From Ignisphaera sp. (lineage in GTDB: Archaea; Thermoproteota; Thermoprotei_A; Sulfolobales; Ignisphaeraceae), in contig JAWBDT010000006.1 in NCBI GenBank assembly GCA_038821645.1, forward strand, positions 1-64,000: a stretch of DNA of 64,000 nucleotides, written 5' to 3'. Positions 31,916-41,323 of the stretch are shown here, in pieces (the stretch's first letter is position 1; each line of letters begins with the position of its first letter). The notes beneath the pieces are model-generated. The model saw nothing but the letters and a program-made list of their open reading frames with translations. It was not told where the DNA came from and ran no database searches. Made by a program: the position numbers and the translations under genes.

Positions 31916-32839
31916 TTACATCAAGATATTTTGTTCCAATAAGTCTATGTATCTAAAGATTGAATCAACAATAAGCGTAACTATAGTTGATCTAGGTTTT
32001 AGCTCTTTTGATATCTTTAATGCACCAACAATATTTGCTCCCGAGGATATTCCACCCAAGATTCCTTCATCTCTAACTAACCTCAATGACATATCTAGTG
32101 CTTCGGAATAAGAAACTTCTATAACCCTGTCTATGATGCTTCTATCTAGTAGCGGTGCTATATCTTTGTGTAGAAGTCCCTCTATTCTATCTATACCGGG
32201 CCCTCCAGCAAGTTTTGATCCTTTTGGAGTAACTGCAACAACTACTACATTCCTATTTCTCTCTTTAAGATATCTACCAACACCTGTAATCGTTCCTCCT
32301 GTACCAACACCCATAACGAAACAATCTATAGATCCGTTCAACTGATTCCATATCTCAACAGCTGTAGTTTCATAGTGTGCTCTAATGTTTGCTGGATTTG
32401 CATACTGATTTAGAAAAACACCACCTCTTTCTTTAGCTATATCTTCAGCAAGCTTAAGATAATAGTTTGGAGATAATGGATCTTCATCACCAAAAACTAC
32501 TTCAGCGCCCATGAGCTTCAATAAACGTACCTTATTTACACTTGTAGCTTTAGGAACTACGATAATAGGGATTAGACCAAATCTTTTAGCTATAAAGGTT
32601 ACAGATATAGCTGTATTACCGCTAGAAGCTTCAACCACAATATCTCCTTCTTTGAGACCATACTTTTCTATAGCACTCTTAACCATATATAGAGCGATTC
32701 TATCTTTATGACTACCAGTAGGATTAAAGTATTCAAGTTTAACCAATAGTCTACAGTTGTTAAAGGGCCTAATTCTAGTGAGCTCAAGTATGGGTGTATT
32801 CCCTATAAATTTCGTTATATCGGTAACACTCATTGTCAC
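31916..32839 (-). CDS. cysK: Cysteine synthase/cystathionine beta-synthase family PLP enzyme
   Basis: NPTGSHKDR, SSGNT, GVGTGGT and GISSGA motifs. Confidence 0.88.
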   Translation of the reverse strand: MTMSVTDITKFIGNTPILELTRIRPFNNCRLLVKLEYFNPTGSHKDRIALYMVKSAIEKYGLKEGDIVVEASSGNTAISVTFIAKRFGLIPIIVVPKATSVNKVRLLKLMGAEVVFGDEDPLSPNYYLKLAEDIAKERGGVFLNQYANPANIRAHYETTAVEIWNQLNGSIDCFVMGVGTGGTITGVGRYLKERNRNVVVVAVTPKGSKLAGGPGIDRIEGLLHKDIAPLLDRSIIDRVIEVSYSEALDMSLRLVRDEGILGGISSGANIVGALKISKELKPRSTIVTLIVDSIFRYIDLLEQNILM

Positions 32840-33126
32840 AACCCTATGTCATGTATTTAGCCTATACCTTATAAAAAGCTAAACAAAATTAAGAATTTGA
32901 TCAAAGATCATCAATGTTAAGCAGATTGTACAGAATATTGATGTAGGTAAAAAATGATAATTTATGTTCAATTCCCTGGCTATACTTCTCAGCTAACTTA
33001 ATCCAAGTAGTGCTGGATCTATGCCTAAGCTTTGGGCAAGTGCTTTGTACTCATCAAGAGACATGACTACTACTTGGTGCCTCGCGCAACTGTTTCGGGT
33101 TTCTTATAGGTTTATATTGGGTGATT

Positions 33127-33285
33127 TTATTCTTCTGCTATGATTAGCACATATACTTCTTTTCCGTGGAGGTGCTTGATCTTTTCTTTGTCTTTCCCCA
33201 GTGGGTAGAGTACTGGTGCACCGTATCTGTACCTTATAACACTACACTTAACGAAGTAGAACTTATCAGCCAATCTATCACCCAT
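33127..33285 (-). CDS. Small 52-aa transposon-associated protein (AbrB/DUF2080-like), not in the ORF track
   Basis: MGDRLADKFYFVKCSVIRYRYGAPVLYPLGKDKEKIKHLHGKEVYVLIIAEE; GGTGA RBS before alternative TTG at 33273; TATA at 33307-33313. Confidence 0.6.
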   Translation of the reverse strand: MGDRLADKFYFVKCSVIRYRYGAPVLYPLGKDKEKIKHLHGKEVYVLIIAEE

Positions 33286-33350
33286 AAGTAAAACTGATAG
33301 AAAGCCTTATAAACCCTTATGTCTATGCTGAGTAGTGGTGGAGCTTCTCG

Positions 33351-34574
33351 ATGAGGGAGGAAGAGCTTGTTGAAACACTTAAGATGAAGGCTCTCCCCAA
33401 GGGTAGTGATGATCGTGATGCTCTGGTTGAGTTTCTGAAGCTCTATCGTGATGCTCTTCAACTAGTAGTAAACAGGTTGTGGAGTTTAAACAAGGTGTCT
33501 TCAATTAAAACTCTGCACAGAATGTTCTACAATGAGCTGAGAAAGCATGGTTTTAGAGCACACCACGTAAAGCAGATCTACGTCTACGCTAAAGCAGTTG
33601 CTAGAGCTAGTAAGCAGAACGGTGGTAGAAAACCGGTTCTAAGGAGATTGACAGCTAGGATAGACAAGTACGACTATAAGCTGGATCTAGAGAGTAGAAC
33701 GCTTATCCTAAAGATACATGAAAACAGAGAGGTTAAGCTAAGACTATTGACATCTAATGAAAGAGTAGAGAAGTTTAGGGGTTGGAGTAACTATGAGCTA
33801 GCTGTGAAGGTTGTTGAAGACGAGGTCTATGTAGCAGTATACTTTAGGAAAACAGTTGAACCAAGAGAAACTAGAACCGTTATGACTGTTGACGTGAACT
33901 TCGACAATATTACGCTAGCTGTGTTTACACCTAGTGGAGAGTTGTTGAAGCTGAAGCGATTCAAGACACTACTCAGAAAGATACTGACGCACAGGATATG
34001 GATCGAGAAGATTCAGAGAAAGTACTCAAAGTCATGGAGATTCATCAGAAGTGTTAGAAGAGTGATTAAAAGACATGGAGAGAGAATAAGGAGTATTGCT
34101 TGGGACTATGCTCACAAGATTGGAGACTCTATAGCGGAACTTGCTAGTAGGTATAGCTCTATCATAGTCTTAGAGAACTTGAATAAACTCAGGAGTAACG
34201 TGAATAGAGGTAGCAATTTCAACAAGAAGCTATCCCTGTGGTTCTATAGAAAGATGCAGTTCACTATAAGCTACGAGGCTTTAGAAAGAGGACTAGAGAC
34301 TAGATACGTCAACCCAGTAAAGACATCATCAACTTGTCCAAGATGTGGAAACAAACTCGAGAGCAACGGTAATAGAGTAATGCGATGCACTAGATGTGGA
34401 TTCATAGGAGATAGAGACGTGATTGCATGCATAAACTTATTTCTAAGGTACTCAAGATGTGGGGGTCTAGGGGTACCCCTAAACGCCCCCAAGCCCGATG
34501 AAAACCCGAGCGGAATGCGGGGGAACAGAGATGAGGCAATGAAATCAACCAATATAAACCTACATCAGAGCTGA
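33351..34574 (+). CDS. tnpB: TnpB RNA-guided nuclease
   Basis: RuvC D (VDVNF), E (LENL) and D (DRD); zinc finger CPRC/CTRC. Confidence 0.95.
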   Translation: MREEELVETLKMKALPKGSDDRDALVEFLKLYRDALQLVVNRLWSLNKVSSIKTLHRMFYNELRKHGFRAHHVKQIYVYAKAVARASKQNGGRKPVLRRLTARIDKYDYKLDLESRTLILKIHENREVKLRLLTSNERVEKFRGWSNYELAVKVVEDEVYVAVYFRKTVEPRETRTVMTVDVNFDNITLAVFTPSGELLKLKRFKTLLRKILTHRIWIEKIQRKYSKSWRFIRSVRRVIKRHGERIRSIAWDYAHKIGDSIAELASRYSSIIVLENLNKLRSNVNRGSNFNKKLSLWFYRKMQFTISYEALERGLETRYVNPVKTSSTCPRCGNKLESNGNRVMRCTRCGFIGDRDVIACINLFLRYSRCGGLGVPLNAPKPDENPSGMRGNRDEAMKSTNINLHQS

Positions 34575-34595
34575 ACCCCGCTATAGCTCAAATGG
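34455..34595 (+). ncRNA. Putative TnpB omega RNA (reRNA) overlapping the tnpB 3' end
   Basis: GC-rich hairpin GGGGGTC-TAGGGGTACCCCTA-AACGCCCCC at 34461-34490; position typical of TnpB omega RNAs; boundaries inferred. Confidence 0.6.
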
Positions 34596-35653
34596 TTCTA
34601 ATAGCTAGAGCTCTTCACTTTAATGCAAAACTCATAGCTTTTGATGAACCTACATCAGCTCTAGGACCTGTTGAAGTTGAAAAACTTCTGAACATCATGG
34701 TTAAACTGAAGAACGTAGGCATATCTATGATATTCGTTAGTCATAAAATAGAGGAGGTCATGAAAGTAGCAGATCGAATATATGTTATGAGAGATGGCCA
34801 TATAGTTGCAGAATTCACTAGAGATTCATTCAATTTGAATGAGATTATAAGAGCTATGATAGCTAGAGAAATAAAGGAATTCTTCCCAAAAGAAGAGATA
34901 AGTATAGGTCCTTCAATTCTAGAGGTTAAAAACTTGTCAGATAGCTATGGTTTCATAAAGAATGTGTCTTTTACTGTTCGAAAAGGAGAAATTTTAGGAA
35001 TTTATGGAATTGTTGGTTCTGGTAGAAGTGAAATGATATTGACGTTGCTGGGCTATAGGCCCAGAAGTGAAGGAGAGATTTATATAGATGGTAGAAGAGT
35101 AGAAATAAATAAGCCTTCTGATGCATTTATGTATTGTTTAGCATATCTCCCCGAAGACTGGAGGCTTTCTCTAGTGTACCTAATGTCGGTAAAAGATAAC
35201 ATAACTCTTCCAATAATAAATAAAATGAAACGTGTAGAGATTGGGTTAATATCGCCAATAAAGTTATCTGAAGAACTAGAGATAGCACATAACTATATCG
35301 AGAAACTGAAGATAACTCCGCGAGATCCCTTCAGAAGAGCAATGTTCTTGAGCGGTGGTAATAGACAAAAGGTTGCATTAGCTAAACTATTGGCATCAAA
35401 TGCAAAAGTATTGATACTTGATGAGCCAACACATGGTGTAGATGTAGGAACTAAAGTAGAGATTAGAAAACTCATTGTGGAATTGGCTAAAGAGGGAAAA
35501 GGAATAGTGTTAATATCATCAGAACTTCCAGAGATAACAAATATGTGTGATAGAGTTCTTGTAATGAAGAGAGGTACTATTGTAGCTCAATTCGAACGCA
35601 AAGAAGTTTCAGAAGATAAAATAGTTAAGGCAGCTGTATTGGAGAGTGCTTAG
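34577..35653 (+). pseudogene. 5'-truncated two-NBD sugar ABC transporter ATPase (RbsA/MglA-like)
   Basis: Begins inside NBD1 (PAIAQMVLIARAL...FDEPT) without the first Walker A; NBD2 LSGGNRQK/LDEPT intact. Confidence 0.8.
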
Positions 35654-35842
35654 TTTTCTACGTAGTACCATCGTATAAAGTTAGAAAGATTTCTAAAGGC
35701 TATGTCGTTGATTAGCAAATTAACTAACATATTCAATAAACAGAGCTCTATGACTATCGCCAAATCTCTGACAGCTTCAAATTTTCAACTCTATAATTTA
35801 GATTATCATTAAGATACATTAAGTAGATAGAATCTTTATGGT

Positions 35843-37186
35843 TTAACCATGGATATTGTGTCTATATAGTGTTTGTTTCTTCAGATTATTAATGAAGTTA
35901 CCTAGATTCTCAAATGTTTCTTTTGAGATTAGTGAGCTGTTTTCAAGAAGTATTGAGAGAACTTTTCTTAATGCTCTCTTCATATTTCTCTCCTTCAATA
36001 TCTTTGTAAGCTCTTCTACCGAGATATCTACATGTTCTTTGTGTTCGCTAAGTACTTTAACTATTTTCCAAGCAAAACTATGTGCATCATGTATATCAAT
36101 GCTACTAAGTATTGATGAAAATTCATCTATGTAATTCTTCATCTTAATCACAGCCTTAGCTGCATTATCGTCAATTATTTCTATAAGTTTATCTGTAATG
36201 TTTTCTGTTATAAGTAATGCTGCTGATTTCGCATCATATAGGTACTTTACATACATAGCTTCTGGATAAACCTCTGATTCTAGCTCAATCACCATGGGGT
36301 TTTCTGGATCTTCTGTAGCTATGTAGGCAAAATATGATCTTGTTTCAACTCTTTTTAAAACCTCTTCATAGAGCGTGTTTAGAGGTTTAGGCTCTATATA
36401 TTCTGGAGATCTATATGGTATAAGTCTAGATGTTTCACTCCATGTATAGAGCCTGCCGTTTGGATCTCTAGCCATCAGTATATAGAGCTTGTATCTTCTG
36501 TAGTCTTCTCCCAACGGATAGGGAGGTTTTGTTATTGCTGGCTCTGGACCTTCCAACACAAATGTAAAGGTCCATCCCCTGAATCTGTCTAGAGATTTAT
36601 AGACATTCTCTTCCTGAGCTATTCTATCAGCTACATATACATAGGGATTAGCTATAGAGTCTATAGACTCTATAACAAGTCTGCCTCTCTCAAAATACAT
36701 GTTATGAAGAACATACCGTGTAGCAAAGATCCATCTATTCATTACCGGATTGAAATAAGCTGTAACTTGCCATCCATCAACTCTCCTAGTTACTTCTACA
36801 GGTAGTCTATCGCAATACTCATCTTGAGGTACCCCAGGTGATTTAGCGTAACTTAAGGCTTTAGGAATTGGATAAGCAAGCACCTCTTTAGGTTCATTAT
36901 CGCTAAAGAGTATCACAGTACCATAGAGATGCAGAGTGAGTGGAAATACCTTAAACGGTGTCTTCTGATTCCATGAATATATGCATATAGAGTTACCATC
37001 AACCTTAGTGCATCTCTTCTCTACATATCTATTGAATAATTGTTCATACCTACTGAAAATAACATCGAGTTTCTTAGTTGGTTGACCTAAGATCCATCCA
37101 ATGAACCTAATCTCATCTTCAGAAGGCTCATATTTCTCATATTTAACTCTATAGATGAATTTCTCGACAATAAAAACCCTATTCAT
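35843..37186 (-). CDS. T4 RNA ligase 1-like nucleotidyltransferase-fold protein with degenerate active site
   Basis: AYPIPKALSY, RRVDG (motif I, K to R), WIFATR and TFTFVL. Confidence 0.6.
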   Translation of the reverse strand: MNRVFIVEKFIYRVKYEKYEPSEDEIRFIGWILGQPTKKLDVIFSRYEQLFNRYVEKRCTKVDGNSICIYSWNQKTPFKVFPLTLHLYGTVILFSDNEPKEVLAYPIPKALSYAKSPGVPQDEYCDRLPVEVTRRVDGWQVTAYFNPVMNRWIFATRYVLHNMYFERGRLVIESIDSIANPYVYVADRIAQEENVYKSLDRFRGWTFTFVLEGPEPAITKPPYPLGEDYRRYKLYILMARDPNGRLYTWSETSRLIPYRSPEYIEPKPLNTLYEEVLKRVETRSYFAYIATEDPENPMVIELESEVYPEAMYVKYLYDAKSAALLITENITDKLIEIIDDNAAKAVIKMKNYIDEFSSILSSIDIHDAHSFAWKIVKVLSEHKEHVDISVEELTKILKERNMKRALRKVLSILLENSSLISKETFENLGNFINNLKKQTLYRHNIHG

Positions 37187-37478
37187 AGAGACCCCATTTT
37201 AATTATGTTATTTTTAAACCGCTATATAGTTGTTAATGTGAATCCTTCAGAAAATCTCTAATTGATAAATAGAGCTGTTATCCACAAATAGAACTAGGAT
37301 ATTTAATTCCTATGTTTCTGAATAGATAGAAATTCGCTAAGTTAGAATAGAGAAGAGATGCCGTACTGAGGTATTTATGGTATAAGATTTAGATGAAATT
37401 ACAAACATATAATGTTTTTCAATCGAAAAATTTATATAATGATCAGAACGAATTTAGATTGTTCTGTAGAGAGCTGGG

Positions 37479-37823
37479 GTGGTGCTTATTGTTCTGAATA
37501 GATATAGGGTTAAAGAAGCTATAAAGAGGTGGATGATGTTAAGGACTCCTGGGCTCTATGAGTCTATAGAGCCAATATGTTTAAGAGACTATAAGAAGAG
37601 TTGTCTAGATCTGTTTCTAGATGAGCCGGATAAATTTAGAGAACTACTAGTAATGCAATTCAGAGATCAGAACTACATATACTTCTTAATCAGGTATACA
37701 ATAATTAGACCTCTTCTTAAGGAGTTAAGGAGAGAGGAGTTAGAGGAAGAACTTGCTACAGATTTTATTAACGATATTGATAAATTCAAGTCAATTTTTA
37801 GAGACGCTACAGCTGCTGCCTAA
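37479..37823 (+). CDS. Hypothetical helical protein
   Basis: 114-aa ORF with upstream TATA (TTTATATA) and GGGGTG RBS. Confidence 0.6.
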   Translation: MVLIVLNRYRVKEAIKRWMMLRTPGLYESIEPICLRDYKKSCLDLFLDEPDKFRELLVMQFRDQNYIYFLIRYTIIRPLLKELRREELEEELATDFINDIDKFKSIFRDATAAA

Positions 37824-37929
37824 ATACCGAAACAAGATAATAACACCATATCTAGGCTCTGCATCTGGATGACTCTCTATTATCACTAGCAAAATTTTTA
37901 TATCTTATGCGTTAAATTAAGTAAATCAG

Positions 37930-38220
37930 GTGTTTATCATGTCAAGAGATCAAATAATCGGATTAGGGCTTTTGGTAGCATCAATAGCTGTATCACTTCT
38001 AATAATATACTTATTGTTCTTTTCAGTAGAAGAGATTGCAATAATCACTATGAAGATAATAGTTACAGCTGCAGTAATTGTTTTAGCCGGTATTGTTGGA
38101 TGGATAGGATATACATTAGCAACAACACCACCACCTAAACCGATTGAAGAAATAGAGAAAGAGATAGAGGAAGAACTTAAGAAACTTGAGCAAGAAACCA
38201 AAAAAGAAGAACAGAAATAA
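37930..38220 (+). CDS. Conserved archaeal 2-TM membrane protein
   Basis: WIGYTLATTPPPKPIEEIEKE motif. Confidence 0.8.
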   Translation: MFIMSRDQIIGLGLLVASIAVSLLIIYLLFFSVEEIAIITMKIIVTAAVIVLAGIVGWIGYTLATTPPPKPIEEIEKEIEEELKKLEQETKKEEQK

Positions 38221-38458
38221 GCATTAGGAACCACTATGTGTCTATATTTAATATGATGATATGATGGCGGTGCCGCTAATTTTTAGTGTTAAACATTCAA
38301 ATAATTTAAAAGTAGTTTGAATATGATAAATTCCAACACTACATCACTTATGTTTATTTGGCATAACCTTGATGTTCTGAATAATCTAGATATACTATTG
38401 ATTTTGCTTATAATCTGATTAAGATCTTAATTACCATAGTCCTTTATCCTAATTTGAA

Positions 38459-38513
38459 GGCCGGGGACCTCCGCCTCACTCTCCTCCAAACGGAGGTGTT
38501 GGCGGAGTGAGTA
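38459..38513 (-). ncRNA. Orphan GC-rich structured RNA candidate
   Basis: GC island in AT-rich intergenic DNA with several 5-7 bp helices; BRE/TATA GAAAAACTTATAT about 30 nt upstream on the minus strand. Confidence 0.55.
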
Positions 38514-38665
38514 TATCTTTACTTTAGCTTTAGAGCAATATAAGTTTTTCTAAATAAAGTATTTTACTTATTAGTCCTTAGTCTTTTTCTTGTTTATTGC
38601 CTTATTTTCAATTAGTGTATGGTGTTCATAATGATGCTAACAAAATCTAGTACATCTATATAATG

Positions 38666-40333
38666 TTAGACATTGAGTAGAAGGTCTTGGAACATGAGTT
38701 TAATAGCTTCTTTTCTTTTTCTAGATTCGAATTCCTCAAATGTTCCCTTAACTATTATTTCATATAGTTTTGCATGTTTGTTTGGTGCAGGTCTTAAGAT
38801 TCTGCCTAATCTTTGAATGAACTGTCTTCTTGATGATGTGCCTGCTACAATTATGCCGATGTTTGCATCAGGTATATCTATACCTTCATCACCAACTGTT
38901 GTTAGAATCAGTACTCTTGATAATCCTTGTTTAAAGGCTTCTAATCTTCTTCTTCTTGTTGTTTCATCTAGTTCTCCAATTATGTAGTGTGTTTGAAGTT
39001 TTTCAGCAAGTTTCTTGGCTTGTTCTACGTATTGTGTAAACACTATTATTTTGCTTCCTTGCTCAAGTTCTCTAGATACTATTCTTTCAACAGCTTTAAT
39101 CTTTTCTTCAGCATTATGTACAAGCATCCTGAGTTCTGCTCTAATTTTTACAGCTTCTAGAGCTTCTGGTAATCCTCTTCTAGCTTCTTCAAGAATTTCT
39201 TCAAAAGTTTTTCCAGCTACTAATCTTCTATATCTCTCTACAAGCTCTTTGTATTTTTTCTTTTCTTCTGGTGTAAGATTTACTTTAATTGTTTCTATAG
39301 TGAATGGAGCTATATAACCTAGTTGTGCTAATTCTGCAAGAGACTTACTATAAACAATGCCACCCATTAAGGGAAAGAGCTCGTTGTGTTTTCCGTCCTC
39401 CCTTATGACTGTGGCTGAAAGACCCAATCTATATTTTGCAAACATGTTTTCAGCTATATACCTAAATTTGTCTGCAGGTAGATGATGTACTTCATCTACA
39501 ATCAAGAAAGAAAAATGAGGTGAAAGTGATTTTATGTATCTAAATGCTGATTGATACGTGGTAATGGTTACTGGAGCTATACGTTTTTCGGAGCTATAGA
39601 AAAACCCTATTAGTGATCTAGGTATATCTGTAAAACTAGCTATCTTTTCTCCCCATTGAAACATCTGCTCCTTGGTATAGGCTACCACAAGTGTCTTAAC
39701 ATTAAGTTCGGCTATAGCTGATACAGCAATAATGGTCTTACCTGTACCTGTAGGTAGTGCTATAATACCTCTATATCCGTTTTTGCGCCATGAATCTAGA
39801 GCCTCTGTCTGATAGTCTCGTAATTCGCCTTTGAAGGAGATCTTCAATGGTAGTTCAATTCTATCACTAATATTACTCTCATTAATAACAACAACACCAT
39901 TATCTTTCAGTATTTCGACAACATCAAAAAAATGCATAGGTTTGAGTAACTTGAAAACTTTTGTAGACCTATCATATACTATCCACCCCTTCTTTTTAAT
40001 ATCATTGATTTTCTCGCCAAGATAAGTACTTGGAATCAAAATTACTTCGTTGTTCTGCATCTTTACCACTACTTTAGGCATAAAATCTTCGACAATCTTC
40101 TTAACATCATCTATACATCCTGTCTCGAACCTAGCATCATAATCAATCAGTATATCTAGCACATCACTAGGCTCTACTTCACCTTCTCTAACTGCTCTAG
40201 AAAGCTTATTTATATCAATTTGAAATCTCGATTTTCCCTCCTCTCTACCTAGATACTTAGTGAATTTCGTAAGAAGTTTAAAATCGTCTTCATCTATCCA
40301 GTCACTAATATGAAACACTATTGTTTTATCCAT
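38666..40333 (-). CDS. xpb: XPB/Rad25 SF2 DNA helicase
   Basis: LRDYQ, PTGTGKT, DEVHH, LSAT and QRLGRILR motifs. Confidence 0.9.
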   Translation of the reverse strand: MDKTIVFHISDWIDEDDFKLLTKFTKYLGREEGKSRFQIDINKLSRAVREGEVEPSDVLDILIDYDARFETGCIDDVKKIVEDFMPKVVVKMQNNEVILIPSTYLGEKINDIKKKGWIVYDRSTKVFKLLKPMHFFDVVEILKDNGVVVINESNISDRIELPLKISFKGELRDYQTEALDSWRKNGYRGIIALPTGTGKTIIAVSAIAELNVKTLVVAYTKEQMFQWGEKIASFTDIPRSLIGFFYSSEKRIAPVTITTYQSAFRYIKSLSPHFSFLIVDEVHHLPADKFRYIAENMFAKYRLGLSATVIREDGKHNELFPLMGGIVYSKSLAELAQLGYIAPFTIETIKVNLTPEEKKKYKELVERYRRLVAGKTFEEILEEARRGLPEALEAVKIRAELRMLVHNAEEKIKAVERIVSRELEQGSKIIVFTQYVEQAKKLAEKLQTHYIIGELDETTRRRRLEAFKQGLSRVLILTTVGDEGIDIPDANIGIIVAGTSSRRQFIQRLGRILRPAPNKHAKLYEIIVKGTFEEFESRKRKEAIKLMFQDLLLNV

Positions 40334-40494
40334 AGCACTATACCCTAAAATCTAATATTCATTATCCATGACATCTATACTATTTATAGATACTATTTAT
40401 AGTTAGATACTAAATATTAAATAAATTATGTGGTGAACAGAAAATTATACCTATTGTAGCTATACATTGAGAGTCTCCTTAACTTCTTTTATAT

Positions 40495-40869
40495 CTAGAG
40501 CTGTAGATCAATAGTGTATCCAGTTATACGTGGCTCTATACGATATCCAAAGATCTCCTCAACAAATTTGGGTACAGTATTTTTGATAAAATACTTGATG
40601 TTGTTGTCTTTAATGGGCAGTAGAAATCCTACAGCTTCTTGAGAACCATATAGGTATCCATTGTATTTCAGTAGAATCTTCATTACGTACTCCATATTCA
40701 TGTTCTTAACTTTATCAGGATTGGGATGCACTATCAGTGCTACAGGTCTTAGTTTATTGAGAGCCATGATGTACTCAAAAGAGACTCCTGCATATTCCAC
40801 ATCTCGACCAAGATCTAGTGTAAAGTTTATGACGTTGTATCCCATGATCTGAAGCTCTTCTATACCCAT
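40495..40869 (-). CDS. Hypothetical protein; frame is open to 40935
   Basis: 124-aa ORF; GGTGG RBS precedes an in-frame ATA at 40932. Confidence 0.6.
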   Translation of the reverse strand: MGIEELQIMGYNVINFTLDLGRDVEYAGVSFEYIMALNKLRPVALIVHPNPDKVKNMNMEYVMKILLKYNGYLYGSQEAVGFLLPIKDNNIKYFIKNTVPKFVEEIFGYRIEPRITGYTIDLQL

Positions 40870-41020
40870 GAATATAATTGATCTATCTTCAACAAATTCT
40901 TCTAACTCTTCTACTAATTCATTTACATATATATTCTACCACCTGAATCTCTGTTTAATTACAATATCTAGATAATAAAAACCTTATAACCTAGCTAGAA
41001 ATTATGAGAGATACAAGGTT

Positions 41021-41317
41021 ATGGATATGAATAGCGATATCATTGAGTATTTAGAGAATCTTGTGCTGATAAAGTTTACAGAAGTCGAAAAGAACAGAAT
41101 TCGAAAAGAGATCGATAAGATAATCGATATGTTTAATACACTAAATACTGTGAAAAACTTAAACGATTGGGAACCTCTATACCATGTACATGATATATCA
41201 CTTCCTCTACGTGAAGATCATGAAACTGAGGAGAGCGATGAAGAACATGAAATATTGAAAGAAAACACTATACTTATCAACGACTATGTGAAGGCTCCTA
41301 GAACTGTTACTGAGTGA
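41021..41317 (+). CDS. gatC: Asp/Glu-tRNA amidotransferase subunit C
   Basis: LRED and YVKAPR motifs; precedes gatA and gatB. Confidence 0.85.
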   Translation: MDMNSDIIEYLENLVLIKFTEVEKNRIRKEIDKIIDMFNTLNTVKNLNDWEPLYHVHDISLPLREDHETEESDEEHEILKENTILINDYVKAPRTVTE

Positions 41318-41323
41318 TTCTAT

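Larger units (their letters stand above)
33090..34578 (+). mobile_element. Non-autonomous TnpB element (IS607/IS1341-like) with sub-terminal inverted repeats; ends approximate
   Basis: tnpB without tnpA; 20/21 inverted repeat at 33107-33127 and 34542-34562; ABC gene truncated at the right end. Confidence 0.8.

Noticed and set aside
38459-38513. HDV-like ribozyme (plus strand starts GGCCGG)
   Set aside because: A complete P1 partner and the nested double pseudoknot could not be built; kept only as an unclassified RNA.
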